From NCBI GenBank assembly GCA_964016885.1, contig OZ024742.1, forward strand, positions 233,988,001 through 234,052,000: a stretch of 64,000 nt of DNA. The letters are read 5' to 3'. The DNA is from Eledone cirrhosa (taxonomy: Eukaryota). The notes beneath the pieces are model-generated. The model was given only the letters and a program-made list of their open reading frames with translations. It was not told where the DNA came from and ran no database searches. Made by a program: the position numbers and the translations under genes. This document shows positions 11,760-25,817 of the stretch, piece by piece (position 1 is the stretch's first letter; every line of letters starts with the position of its first letter).

Positions 11760-11900
11760 GAGTCCCGGGTTCAATCGGGGGTAACCACAGTAAGCGAAGT
11801 ACTCAATACCTAAGTGGAGTATATACAAAATTTGATATAGAAATGGCTTCTACAGGACTACAACTGTTTCATTCATAAGAAATCACCAGGAAAGCATGTA
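11760..11900 (-). mobile_element. PLE pLTR remnant with degenerate hammerhead and variant tail hairpin
   Basis: Minus strand reads CTGGTGA-TTTC(ttat)GAAT-GAAAC-agtt-GTA, then ACTCCACTTAGGTATTGAGT, ending at (TA)n. Confidence 0.45.
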
Positions 11901-12065
11901 ATCATGAATGTGTGTATGTGTGTGTCTACATATATGTCATATAGATTATCATTGTTACTGAAATACAACCTAATACATTATTTTTCCATTTCTAATACTA
12001 CCAATCCTCAAAATGAGATTTTTAAAATGCATATTATCCAAGTATAGATCATATTTTTTTTAGAA

Positions 12066-12172
12066 ATAATTGTTTCTATTTTAGGCACAAGGCCAGCAAT
12101 TACCTAGTACATTACTGGTACTTTATTTTATCGACCCCGTAAGGATGAAAGGCAAAGTTAACCTCGGCCGGA
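12066..12172 (-). mobile_element. Meta-domain SINE, 5'-truncated
   Basis: Near-identical to 63384-63485, 26754-26850 and 45632-45805. Confidence 0.7.
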
Positions 12173-12436
12173 ATAGAATTTCACATGAAGTGTAATTTTT
12201 CTACTTATGATCAAATATTATTTGAATTGTTGAATTTTAGTGAAAAACATCCTATGCCACTCAAGAAACACAATAAATAGCTAGGGAATTGAGTTTCATT
12301 AATATATAATCACACAAGAACCTTTGAAGTTGTTTGCAGGTTTCTGTATAGTAATTATTTAAACATTGTAATGTCTTATGTGTGTTGACTGCTGACAAGA
12401 TTATTTAGAAAAAAAATGAGTTTGGAGGCAACTTAC

Positions 12437-12507
12437 AGTACAATCATGTGACCCAGTAATTAAAAGATTATCATCAAATGGAGAGAAATCAAAGTCGGCA
12501 ACATAAT
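12437..12507 (-). CDS. CORO7: Coronin-7-like coding exon 4 (DYVADFDFSPFDDNLLITGSHDCT)
   Basis: Acceptor ttttttatag, donor gtaagt, 71 bp (phase 1 to 0). WD40 motif DFDFSPFDD..L.TGS.D. Confidence 0.92.
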
Positions 12508-13373
12508 CTATAAAAAATCAAGTAGAATACAATTATTGAGAAATAGAAGAGGCAATACTAGTAATATATTAAATGGGCAACAACAACCAATGATCTCACT
12601 AGCAAGCAATAAATAGAAAGGTTGTCTTTATTTTAAATATCAGCTTACAAAGATTATCATGCTAGATTAATCAATAGCATAGCTGAGGGAGTGGGTTTGA
12701 GGCAACATTTTTAGGGAGGGGGGTGCAACACTTTTATAGAGGAGGTACTTTGGGGTTTGTTGTATAATCCTGTTGCAATGCTGAATATTTTGGGGGAAAG
12801 AAGGGTGGAAAACCCAAGAGCTGCTCTGAATGTCACATCCTAGCTATGTCGTTTTACTCTTTGAATCATATTATTTACATTTTTTTTTTTAAAGACATTA
12901 TTGACCAAAATATTTTAGATAAAAATAGAGATAAAAAGTTTTAATCAATTGTAATACATAGGAAAAGGAACATTGATTGAGGAAAATAAATAATTTCAAA
13001 AGAAAAGATACATTGTTAATGTATGCCAAAAATATCTTTCTGTTTTCTTGCATTATATACTAAACTAAAGTAAGTTGTCTTGTAATGTTTTGAAAAATAA
13101 TAATAATTAAAAATAGCTTCTTGTAATGAATTTAGAAAAGTACATGGATATAAAAGAGATTTGTTGCCTAGTTTCAGCCATATAACAACTAATACTAAAA
13201 ATGTTTGCTTTGATAAATTGTCACATTGGTAAAACAAAAAATATTATTAAATGAAATATAATAATAATTGATCCTCCAGTGGTTCCAATGATAAGCATTC
13301 AGTTTTTTTATTAACTGAACATCCAACTTGCAAATTAACATGTAAGTGGTTGAATATTCCACAGACACATGTA

Positions 13374-13528
13374 CCCTTTAGCATTTAAACCGGCCATATC
13401 TGGCCAGAATTCTCTCACCTCTTTCTGTTCAAACCGGCAATAACTGGCCACTCATATTGACACTAAGATATTGTTCTCAAAATAAATAACACCAAAATCT
13501 CATAGATTCGATATTATGTGAGATAATT
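13374..13528. mobile_element. piggyBac-like MITE copy (left part), interrupted by a Helitron
   Basis: Homologous to 61170-61376. Confidence 0.55.
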
Positions 13529-14110
13529 ATCTATATATCTAAAACAGAGAACGTCTGTCTGTCTGTCTGTCTGACTCCCTAAAACTCGAGAACCACCCAA
13601 CTGATTGTTTTCAGACTTTACACATGTAATACTTATGGTCCTGTGAGTGTTTTGAGCAAAGAATATTTCAAATTTTCAATGAGGCCACATTAGGCGATTT
13701 TGCAATCTCTCTCTATAATTCTTAGTCTTTCTTTTTAGATAGATACATAGATATAACGTTGCTCCCTTATAATATCTGTCTGTATGTCTGGCTGTCTGCA
13801 TTACGCCATGATGACGCTATATGTGTATGTGTGTGTGTATATATAGTGTGTGTGTGTATATATATATAGTGTGTAATGTTCTTCAAAATATTTACTTCTG
13901 CGTCACAGATTGATTTTTTTAGTTTCAGAAGATCCCGTTAAGAGTGAAACCAGCGAGTCTTTGCTTAAACTTCAATCTGTTATTTTAATATATATATATA
14001 TATATATATAATTATATATTCGTGTACAGATATTTTTGCATACACAATAACAAAATATAAATGTTTTATTAAACCAATATATGCATGGTCAACGTCTGGG
14101 TTTTTACCTA
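13529..14110 (+). mobile_element. Non-autonomous Helitron, degraded 3' end
   Basis: TC start, (CTGT)n tract, homology to 2898 and 26858. Confidence 0.6.
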
Positions 14111-16169
14111 CAATGTGTGCCTCCTTTTCCTTGATGTGCACCCCATATTCCAAAATAAATTAATTTCAACTGACAAACCTAGTTTTTGTCACTTCTGACC
14201 ACACTAAGAAAATTATGATGCCTGCATTTTCTACCACACTGTTCTCACTCACCCATGCTAAATCATAATAGATTATGACACCATGACCCTCTCCACCTCT
14301 TTGGATATTTCCAAAATACTGTCATATGGCAAAGATGTTTTGTGATTTATTTATTAATCTCAGGAAATGATTATATATTTAAGTTAATTATACAAATTTG
14401 TATAAAACTGTAACTCTTTAAGGTTCAGTAATGCACCTCTCTGAGATCTGAGTCCAAGATGGCTGTCTAGTTGGCTTAAAGGTAGTGCCAGTGCTGAATA
14501 TACGGGTTTTATAATAAAACCAAACCAACGAACTAATCTATGGGTGTTATATTGAACTAATAAAAGCTTATTATAACTAATTAATCTAATCTTCAAATGC
14601 TACTCTACAGGGTGAATACAACTTTGACATCAGTGTGTCAACCTAGACTCTATAACACTTGGGAACACCATATCAATGTGTTACACTATAAACTGTGTAC
14701 TATACCAATATCAGTATACCCTTCAACAGATAATATACCATGGGAATATTAATATATCAACCTGAAGAAGCCTTTATTCTATATTGATAACAATATGTCT
14801 CACTACACAATATGTCTCTGTACCACTGGAAACATAAATATGTCCTTCTAAAATCTGTATTTTATGGATGCCATTATATCAATTTATCAATCAGTGTGAA
14901 TGTCAATGAACAAATAGATTATTTAATTATATAAACAAATAGAATATCTAATGTACTTATCACTAAATTAATCCAAGGGCATAAAGTAACACTTATTGCT
15001 GCAAATCACATTTTATCACTGTTTTGAGATCTGTATACAGCATATCTCCTCTTGCTTTAATATTTAGTTATCTCATCTAAAGGGACCAATATCCTCAACT
15101 CTCACCTCACTACTTCTTCTCATGACTCCCTTGATCTTCCTCTACCATGTTTGTACATGGCACTTTTTCATCCAGCATTCATTGCCTATTCAAATTATAC
15201 ATGCTACTGACCTCGACTGAATGCACAAGGTTTTCAGATCTCCCTCTCTTACTTTTTCCCAGGGCCTATCAAGAAGCTGAAATATCCTTTTCGATTCCCC
15301 ATAAGGAATGTGTAACAATTTGTGTTGGCTTAACAGAGAAGGCAAAGTGTTGATGTGGTTTTGGCTTAGGTATGATTAAATGAAGTGTGCCTTGGGTAGT
15401 GTTCATTATATTGATATTTAGGCAATAGTGTAACTACAGTGAGAGAAGTAGAGCATGTTCCTTAAGTACTAAATTTTTTGGTTGCCACATTATAATTTAA
15501 ATGCTTATTTTTAGTTAAAATATGCTCTTTTGGAAATGTACTATATTTCTGTATTTTATCATATACCTGCCTTGAATAATCTTCAGAAAAGAAACCAAAT
15601 TCAACCACAAGAGGCCATCTTTATTTTTACAACAGGCTGAATGAGTTGGGGTTGTAAATATGTATATATATATATATATAAAGAGATTGTTGCAGTTTGC
15701 TTGAAGCATTGTGTAAAGTGTTAGAAAACTACAGCAATGCAAATGGGACATTAAATGTTAAAAATAATGATAAAGATTATTAAATAGTCCTTAAATATTA
15801 AGGACTATTTAACAACTGCAAGATAACATTCCAACATCTTTGTTATCATTTTTTTAACATTTAATATACAATTTGTATTGCTATAACCTTCTAATAAAAC
15901 ATTATTATCACTCTTATTATATATTATATATTATATATATTAGGGCCAAACTCCAATATAAAAAAATATGCAAGCGTGGAACATGGACGTTAAACGATGA
16001 TGATGATGATGATATAATACAGATACTGCAAATGAAAATTCCAGCATCTGTTTTATTTTTTATTATATATAACAATATATTTTTTATTATATATAACAAT
16101 ATATTTTTTATTATATATAACAAAAAGTTACAATTTTCTTGTATTGAAACATACATAAATATATTCCAG

Positions 16170-17670
16170 TGCTGCAAGTTTCTGCTTCAGCTGTTAAATG
16201 CTGCAGGTGAAAGCGGTTTGGTGCGGCGCCAAGTGGCAGGAGGACCCGTTAGTTCAATCAAGAGGTCAAAGTTGCCATCCAAGCAAAGAAAGAAGCTTCC
16301 AAAGAGTAGCTTAAAAGTAAGTCTCCCTTGCACTTGTGGTACAAGCAAGTGTAAAAAGTCACAGCAGAGAGATTAAAGGCATGCTTCCAAAGTTAAGATA
16401 TGGGAGGACTTTGGGGTTAATTTGGAATCTGACTTCAGATTAGCAAATAAAATTTGGCCCATGATGTTAAAAGCTAGAAGTGAGAATCCCAATTTTCAAA
16501 AAGAGAGATAAGAGAGATTGCTCAAATGATAAGGGAATCTCCTTGTTAAGCCTCCTCAGTAAAGACTATGCTGTGTCTAGTAAAGAGATGTAGGGATATT
16601 GTCGAATCCAAGCTAGCTGGCAAACAGTGCGGTTTCCACCCTGGACACAGCACAGCTGACCAAATATTTACACTGTAGAAGGCCTTTGAGAAATTGTAAG
16701 ATTATTGCCAAGAGATGTATACTTGTTTTGTAAACCTCGAAAAGACATATGATCACATTCTATGGGGCTGTTGTAGAAAGTTCTGCAGGAGTATGGGATC
16801 AATGGACAACTTCTTGTTGCTCAGATGTCTCTATATAAATGCTCTAGTATTTGTGTTCAGATAAATGGTGCTAAGTCAAAACCATTCAAGGATGCATAAT
16901 GTCACCTCTCCTGTTCATTATCTTTATGGACAGGATTGACATGTACAGCCAGGTTGGGAGAGACATCAGGACAGTCAAATGTAGGATCAGTCAGCTGGAA
17001 TCTGCAGAAGACATGGTATTACTTAACTCATCAGAAGTTGATCTCTGATATGCACTTGATAGGTTTACTGCCGAGTGCTGCATGGCAGGAATGAAAATCA
17101 GTGCTGCAAAGACTGAGACACTTGTCCTCTCATGGAAGTCTGTGCAGTTCCATTGAAGCAGGTAGAGAAGTTTAAGTATCTTGGGGCTGCTTTCATGATG
17201 AAAAGCAAGTGGCTGAATTAAGCAAGAATTGGAGGAGCTGGTACAGTAGGTGTTAATGCCAAACATGCTATTTGTGCCAACCCTTACCTATTGTCATTAA
17301 TCTTGGGTAATGACTGAAAAAATATGATCGCATATACAAGCGGACAAAATGGGGTTCCTCCAAAGTATCTTTGAAATAATGTTACTCAAGAGAGTGCATA
17401 GCTTGGAGAACAGAGAGTCACTCAAGATAGAGCTGCTACTTCTCCGAATTGAGAGATCACAGCTCCAATACGACAGACTTGTGATTAGAATGTATCAGGA
17501 AAGAATTGCTAGACAGATTTTATGAACAAAACCAACTGACAGGAGACCCAGAAGGTTGGATAACATCCATGAGCTTGGCTGGTCTCACCTAGGGATCTGG
17601 CTAGATCAATTAGAGACAGTTACTTCTGACAGTATGCTTAAGACTCTTCCCCCATAACCCTACCAGGAGG
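16170..17670 (+). pseudogene. Decayed RTE-clade LINE ORF2
   Basis: Fragments QEVKVAIQAKKEA, QCGFHPGHSTADQIFTL, CFVNLEKTYD, FKYLGA with many stops and frameshifts. Confidence 0.75.
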
Positions 17671-19800
17671 AGGAAACTAAGAAAACTAAGTAGTAAATAT
17701 TTACAAAATTTAGATAATAATCTCAGACTTAGGCTATAAAAATTATGAATGAATACAGAGTTGCTAATATAAAAAAAATGTACATAATATGACAAAAATG
17801 AGGAAAAGTAAAACACATTCCTGTTATGATAGCTAATTAACTGAATATAATTAATGCGTGAGTGGGGGAGTGTGTGTGTGTGTGTGGTGACATAGGAACA
17901 TAGAGAGTTGTAAACATAGCAAATTGTCAATTCTCTCAGTTACTCTTTCAACACAAAAAGAATAGATACTTTACAGAGGTCATTTGTTAAACTGATGTTT
18001 GGTGGGGAGAGTCAAAAGAAATATAAAATGCTAAAATAGAACAGTAGAGAAATGTTTTCTGGTTAGGTGTGTGTATATCAATGTATATTAGTATATGATT
18101 GTGTGTATGTAGTCATCTGTTGTAGTCCCCACCACCACCATTGTGTGAGCACTGTGTGTTTGTGTCTATACATGTAAATACAAGGTGGGTGTTGATACCA
18201 GACCACTTGAAACCACACTGGATTTATGATACAAAACTGCTTACTTTAAAATATTTTAGAAAATGTTTTCAAATGACAATGTAAATATCAGCTTACTCAT
18301 CAAAACATAGTTATTTTATTGTATTTCTCCAAATTTTTTGGTTATTTTCAAAATTATTGAAACACAGGTAGAATGAAAATTGAATTAGAAGCTTTCACAG
18401 TAATTTTAACTACAGAAAATAGTCTAATGACAGGAAAAAAGGTATTAGCAGATGTGGGTGTCAAATCCACACATTCTGTTTGCTGGACAAGTGTGTTACC
18501 ATTTACACTAACATCCCAATCCATCGTTTTTCCATCATATTTCAAAGCTACAAAAATGAAGTGAAAGTTCCAAATTTAATTATCAAATTTCACTTGCTGT
18601 CTTCTAAACACACAGGAGGCTATCTTTACTAATTGCTATTAACTTATAGCTTCTAAATAAGTGTGGTGTTTTGTTTGTTTGTTTTTTGTTTTGGTGGATA
18701 TTATTGTTTGTAGTAAATATGGAGTACGGGTGAAGGGTTTGATAGTAGTTTAGTTATGGGTTGTTCAATTTCAGGTTTATGTCTTGTGAGAGTGCATTTG
18801 TTTCATAAGTCCGTGATGTTGGTGTAATAAGTAAGGCACAATATTTTTGGTTGTTTTTGTAATGAATGGTTGTTAAAGTCTGATATAGAAAGTGCTGCAG
18901 TTATTTTCTCTGAGTTGAAATTGAAGTTATTTTTTACTATCCAATTGTATAACATTTATAAATATTGCTGAATTATGTTTGTTGTCTGTTTTGTCTTGTC
19001 TATCTGCACATATGGGAACGTTCTAGTTGTTGTTTAGCTCCACGTTAGCCCTGACCATTTATCTATAACTACTTTATCCAGTGTACACCCAGTGTTTGTA
19101 GTTGCTATTGTAGTTGTGTAGCCCCATATCAACCTTGATGGAACCGACCCACAATCAAAAGTATATCAGCTATGCCTATCCTGTCTGTTTTTGACATAGT
19201 GTACCACATCTAGAATTACAGTATTTATTGTTTCCTTCTTTATTTAAAACCGTAGGGTGTGTCAGAAGGAGATTTGACTGCTACTTCTAGCAGGTCAAAT
19301 GACTATAGAGACTCCTTTATTCGCATATATGTATCTAGTGTAGGTGGTAGTAGCAATAGCATATGGCTGTCTGTCTTGGGGCTAATTTCCATGTGTACAA
19401 TGTGCATTATCAAGGGTCTCAGTAAAGATGTGTATCTGCCTTCCTTCCAGAAGACCATTGCTTTCAGCTCAATGGAGGGCAAAGTCAAAAGGAAAAGCAG
19501 GAGATAGAGATTGAAAGATCTGTTTCAATGATTTGCAAACAGTCTACAAAAACCAGATGACACCCTCAATATCATGTAGGGCATTTTGGGGGATGGGGAT
19601 CACAACATGTATCCACACTAATGTAGTCACTACCATGCAGAATTACACTCTTTACACATACATCATACTGTTTGTCTTTTGCCAACAGAAGTAACAACTC
19701 TCCAGCATGTTACATCCTTTTTATTACTCTAACTCTTTATACTCTTGCTAGCAGAAAGAAAACAGGTGTTAAATGATGCTGTTGATGATGATTATGTATA

Positions 19801-19998
19801 CAAGGGTCAGCTTAAAAGTTCATAGGTTGGCTGAAGAATTGATGCTAGGGCTGTGTAATCTTGCATGTGCATTAATTTCAACTCTTCTTATTAATAAATG
19901 CATTGTTTCTTTCCAGGAGATATGTTGAAAAATAAACCTCATTTCGTCAGTCCATGAGAGTATCTTGGTCAGCTTATGAACTCTTCAGCTGACCCTCG
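19801..19998. mobile_element. Mariner-type MITE
   Basis: Imperfect TIRs caagggtcagcttaaaagttcatagg / cttatgaactcttcagctgaccctcg, with TA on the left. Confidence 0.6.
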
Positions 19999-20173
19999 TG
20001 AGAATTGAAATGTCCAATATTGGTTTGAAGGTTGTAAATTAGAGGGCAACAGAATAACAAATAGAGTGTGTCCATTCTAAAAACAAAGAATAAAATGTAT
20101 CTCGTGATAACCAACTAATCTGAAAAGAATTCAACAATTTTATAACTGAAAACTTTCAAAATTGTTAATCTAC

Positions 20174-20254
20174 CTGAGTGAGCTGACAACAAAGGAAGAT
20201 CAGGTCCTTGCCGACCAGTGCTATTCAAAGGTAATATTCCAAGTGCTCCACCAC
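20174..20254 (-). CDS. CORO7: Coronin-7-like coding exon 3 (GGGALGILPLNSTGRQGPDLPLLSAHS-D)
   Basis: Acceptor ctttaacag, donor gtagat, 81 bp (phase 1 to 1). Coronin GGG-x-L-x-V/I-LPL...GR motif. Confidence 0.9.
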
Positions 20255-20773
20255 CTGTTAAAGTGAACAAGAGAAGATTAAATTAAAAGAAAAACACATT
20301 AGTAATAGATGAAGTATATTTCTAACAAAGGTTAATTTATAACTACTTGCTAATTTTATAGCTGATTAACAGTGAACAATGATAGGGATTTAAGACAAAT
20401 ATTATTTTACTGAATTCAAATGGTAAAGCTATTTATTTAAAACAAATATTCAGAGAACAAATACAAAAATTATACGTATAAAGCATATAAGGTGGTGTGC
20501 TAAGGGTCATCATCATCATCATCATCACTGCTTAACATCTATTTTCCATGCTAGCATGTGTTAGATAAACCAGATCAGGTGACCATGTCTTGCTCAAACA
20601 GAACTGATTTTGGCTTGGTTTCTATGGCTAAATGCCCTTCCTAATGTCAACCACATTTACAGTGTGAACTGGTTGCTTTTTATCATGACACCTACACAAC
20701 CACTTTACAGTGTGGACTGAGTGCTTTTGAATAAACTTTTTTCTATTTGTGTTATCATGTTTTAACATGTTTA

Positions 20774-21940
20774 CAAGGTACACTCAAGAAGTTTGAGACT
20801 TTTTCTTTTCAGGCACTTTTAATTGACTTCAGTTAATGTGTCAAATCTTTTTTTGAAGGTTCGGGCCACTATGGCACTTTAAACACTACTCATCATACAC
20901 ATCTTGTCACAGCTGACTGGTTTCATAATGCAATCGGGACGTGAAGGTAACTTGGAGGCTCAATACGCAATAAAGTTCTGTGTCAAGTTCAGCAAAACCT
21001 ATGAAATGGTCAAAACTAACTGTCATAAGCCGGGCAACTGTTATCTGCTGGCACAGAGGTTCCAGGAAAGCAGGCAGCAGCTGAGGGATGATGAGAGATA
21101 TGGTCGACAAAATTCGCAAATCATCTCTTCTGATGATTGTTAAACAATTTGAAGTGGCTGAGGGCACTGTGAACAGTCATTCATGACAATCTGAACATGC
21201 CCAAAGTTTATTTCCAGGGTGCTTAATCAAGATCAAAGGTAGAGGTGCATTGATGACAGGAGAGGGTCAAGTAGATCACTTCGAATTCATGTTCTTTGAG
21301 TGTCTGGTAACATGTGTCAAGAGCTGGGTCTACTGTTATGATCCAGAGAACAAGACACAGAGTGCCCAGTAGAAACATTCTGACACCCCAAGACCCAAGA
21401 AGGCAAAAACAAGTTCACTGGGAAGCTCATGATGATCCCATTCTTTAACAGCAAAGGCATCTTCTATATCTACTGGGTCCCCTACAATCAACAAAGAATA
21501 CTATGTAGAGGTTTTGAGGCAGTTTAGAAAGAGATTTCATCGCAAGAGACCAGAACTCTTCAGGTCTGGTCAGTGGCACCTGCACCAGGACACTGCCCCC
21601 TGCCACAAATCCACCCTGGTGACCAACTACTTGGCTGATATGGGGAGCAAGACTGTCCCTCTTCCTTCCTACAGTCCATGCAACTTCTGAATGTTCCTGA
21701 AGCTGAAGAAGTTCAGGGGTATCTGCTTTGAGGATGTAGAGGAGATGAAGGATGCTGTAACAAGCGCCCTGGACACCTTCACTTTGGATGACTACAGGTG
21801 GTCTTCCAAATGTGGCTGGAGCGCTACAAGTGCATTGAAGTTGGAGGATCCTACTTTGAAGGAGACTAGAGTTTTATGTTGATCTGAGTTAAATAAATGT
21901 CTCTCTGATAAAAGTCTCAAAACCTCTTGAGTGTACCTCG
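20774..21940 (+). mobile_element. Mariner transposon, decayed near-full-length copy
   Basis: About 30-bp TIRs (caaggtacactcaagaagtttgagactttt / aaaagtctcaaaacctcttgagtgtacctcg) and TA TSDs. Transposase remnants YAIKFCVK, LRDDERYGR, SWVYCYDPE, LHQDTAPCH, SYSP. Confidence 0.9.
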
Positions 21941-22428
21941 TATTTATAGTAGAAAGAATGTGCATCTTCTTGTTTAAAAAAAGTAAGTTTCAAGGACAAA
22001 TTATTTTAATAAAAAACGAAGTTGACATGATTATTTGCAACTGAATGACACCATGTATATCCCCACAAAAGAATCTTGTATTTATTCAATAAAAGTTATA
22101 CAATGATGGAAATATTAAAAAAAGGATAAAAACAAAATCAAGGGAAAAAAGGGAGAAGGGGTAAAGTATGTTAAATCTGGCTATATAGGAAAGTAAAGGA
22201 AAGGATTATAAATGCCATAAATGAGAGAAAAAGGAGGGAAAGAGCAAGAACCCATTAGGCAAAAGAAGAAAGAGAGGGGAAGAGGCTAATGTGACAGACA
22301 TTACACCTAGGTAACCCAAAGAAAATATAAAATGTTTATCAGATTTCAGAACTGTATGTGGTATGAAAATTATCAATATAAAGGAGTGATTTAGCATTGA
22401 TAAACTTTTCAAGAGCTTTCATGTAGGT

Positions 22429-23372
22429 CAGTGGTTGTCAACCAGGGTTCATATAAGAATTGAGAGGGGGGGGGGGCACTATAGTATTTTAGAGATCTAT
22501 GAAAAAATGTTGCTTTCAAAGAAAATATCTAAATATCAAATTTAAAAAAATAAATAAATAAAACAGTTAGCCAAGGCAGTTGATCAAAAAATTCCCTAGA
22601 GAATTAATAGAAATCAAAAGAAATGATAGAGGTGACAACCGAGATCAGTGGCCATGAAATGTAAATATACATTAACTCACATGCACAGACTCATCCCATT
22701 GGCACAACCTTTGCTGACCTATCCACTAATGACAATAGTAATCACCTGCTGTTCCAGTGCCATTACAACAATTTCTGTATCACCAATTCATCATCTACCA
22801 CTGCTGGAGGTCATTTGTCACCAAATGCTGGGTTTACATCAGTTGCTGACTGCGATACTGAAGTTGAGGATGCAGACAGACCCTGCCACCAAGTACCAGC
22901 TCCGCCTTAACTCATCCTATCTCCATGATCCCAACATCACCTCTACATTTGCGTGTTCCATAACCAATCACTTCATCACTCTGGCCAAGAATGAGACTGA
23001 CGTCTGGGAGATCTTTAAATCAAGCATCAACTAGTCTGTGCGTGACTGACAGCAATGGAAGACACTGGTGGACTTGGTTGGCTCCATGCATGATGATGCC
23101 TCTGGACTACTGACCTAAGATGACCCCAGTCTCATCGAGCAAGAGCAAGAAAAAGAATACACACGCACACACACACAAATACATTCAAACACAAGCATAT
23201 TGTCGCTAGTTTATTTTCCCAGGCGACTTTGGCTGGCATTGAGTAAAACTGATCACTACTTAACCAGCAGATCACAAACAATAAAACAATGAATGACTAT
23301 TGGGGTCCACCAGAGTAAAATAGGAATTAAAGGGGTCTGTAGATAAAAACAAGTAGGGATTGAGAACCACTA
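22429..23372. mobile_element. hAT/Charlie-like non-autonomous element containing an RTE endonuclease-region fragment (about 22740-23130)
   Basis: TIRs cagtggttgtcaacc / gattgagaaccacta. Candidate 8-bp TSD atgtaggt / aagtaagt (6 of 8 match). Confidence 0.5.
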
Positions 23373-25761
23373 AAGTAAGTAAACAACTAGATTTTGACAA
23401 AATAATTTCTTTGTTAACTTCTGTTTAACTACATGAGAGATTTTCTGAAGATTATCAAGGCTGAATTATCCCACTTTATTTATAGATTAGTTTGTTGATA
23501 ATAGAATTAAATCTAGGAAGAAGTACTTGACCTGTTTTGAACTTTCTGTTAATTTGAATCAGAAAAAATAATGTTTTTGAAACAATGCTATATTAAAACA
23601 TTCACACACACACAATATGTGTGTGTGTGTGTTTGAGATTAGTTATCACTTGAGAAGTGTGTATTGAACAAATTATTAACCCCATGTGTTTCAATGATAT
23701 ATTCACTCAGCTTCCATACACATACACAAAATACACGCACACAAGCGATAAAAATCATATATTGATCTTTGGCATGGATATAATATTGATTTTTCTATTG
23801 GCACAAGACCACCAATTTGTTTAGAAGATATAATCAATGAACTCAACTACATTAAATAGCATGCTTATGTTTATCAATTCTGGAGTGATTAAAGTCCATA
23901 TGAGAAAAACTTGAACTCAGAATGTAGGACAAAACTAAATACTGTCCAGTATGCTTCATTGTCTACCAGTGTGTAAATATTATATATACAAATGTTTATA
24001 TAATTGAATTCTATGTACATCATTAAATATTGCTAGCATACTGAAGATAACCAAGTAAACAATTCACGCTAGATGATTACAACAGTGAAGCTCAATCTGG
24101 CCCAGACAGACCACCAATGGTTCATACCAAAATGTTGGTAATCCATGAGGAGTGTTATGTCATACTAAATAAAAACGCTTTTAGTTTCAAACATAAAAAC
24201 TAATGAAGGATAAATCATAAATGCTTCTGCCCTCGATTTAGAAATCAAACAAAAAAAGCCTGGGTCACAAAAGAAATTTTCACAGAGGGATTTGTTCTAA
24301 CAGAGAAAAAGTATTGCAAAGAACCTGACATAAAGTATTATTTCTGACTAACTTCTGACTAATTTCTGTGGCTCAGGCCACACCTTGAATATCAAGCTCC
24401 TTCACATCTTGAATTTCTGTCAAAGTAGTTTACCTAGCACCAAACACAAAGTGTAATTTCAAATGTCAGGGCCTACTATCTCAGTTACTCTTTCAAACAA
24501 TTTATTGAAGGAACAACTCTCTAAGATAAACAAACTACCATATTGTGAATGCAATGTATAATATCAGAGGAGCCTGAGTTAAACTAACAGACAACTACTA
24601 TGGTCAGAATCATGTAATGACTTCCTGGAATTTAATGACAAAAAAATATCAATAAACATTGTTGAGCAAGCCAATGAAAGTAATATGCAAAATAGCAATG
24701 TAGCAGATTTGGAGGAATTAATAGGGTTTTATAATAAAATTTTATCTGCTGAAGTAGCAAAAATTAGCTCAGCAATGCATCCAAAATAAGTTTGAAGATC
24801 TTACAGTAGAACCAGTTAGTTATACCAGAAAGAATTTTACTTTTAAATTCCCCAGAAGATACATTACAAAGATTATAGAAATCATTAGCCAGCTTACTGA
24901 GAATTACTATGAATGAGAGAGAAGTAGCATGGCAAAATGAGATTTTACAGTGAATTGCTTAATGAGAGAAGATCCAACAATATGCACACAGCATTAAATG
25001 TATTTTTCAAAAAGCAATCAATGTGGGAAGAAGTACGGTTTGATCTTCCTTATCAGATACAATCTCTTCTGTCCTATTTCTTACTGCTGCTTTTCAACTG
25101 GGTTTAGTCAGGTTATTGCAGTCCAAGTCAGTTCTTAATTAGAATTATCATAATTCACTAATATGTTGTTTTTTGGTATGGTTTCTGTAAATAGATGTTC
25201 TCCCTAGCACCAGCCACTTTACAGAGTACACTGGGTATATTTTATTGTGACATCAGCACTAAAGGATCCTCTCAGCCTTATGTTGATTCTGTTCTTTCAC
25301 TAACCCCTTTACAGAGTGTACGGAGTGCGTTTTATCATGTAGCCAGCACAAATGAAATTGTTATTTTCCTTGCAAAACTATAGAATCCTCATTATTATTT
25401 GATACTGCCCCCTTCACCTTTTTAACACCAAGGGGTTAGAATTGAATCAACTTAGCAAGAATCTAATTTCTATAATCTTCATATGTATCAGATTCAGAAG
25501 AACCATACAGTAACCCTGCATGTGATAAGAGACAACTAAAAGGGTTGTTGTCAGGAAGGGCATCCAGCTGAAAAATATTACCCTATGACGAGTATAAACT
25601 CTATCGTGGGGCTTGCAAGGTTAGCCTCTGCTTTATCAGGGAAAGTGGGCTCAAAATACTTGTTGTTCCATAAGAAGATATTTAAAAAATGCTTTTATAT
25701 ATATATACACACACACAGACCTGCTATATGGCAGCTACAACATCGATTCGATCCATACCCA

Positions 25762-25817
<56 letters not shown>

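Noticed and set aside
14758-14850. CTGAAGA...GAAACATA(aa)TATGTC hammerhead-like motif
   Set aside because: Stems I and II are not convincingly paired. At most a decayed pLTR.
15873-16376. 167-aa ORF and the many low-complexity ORFs (YIYI, RERE, CVCV)
   Set aside because: They arise from microsatellites, short tandem repeats and off-frame LINE sequence.
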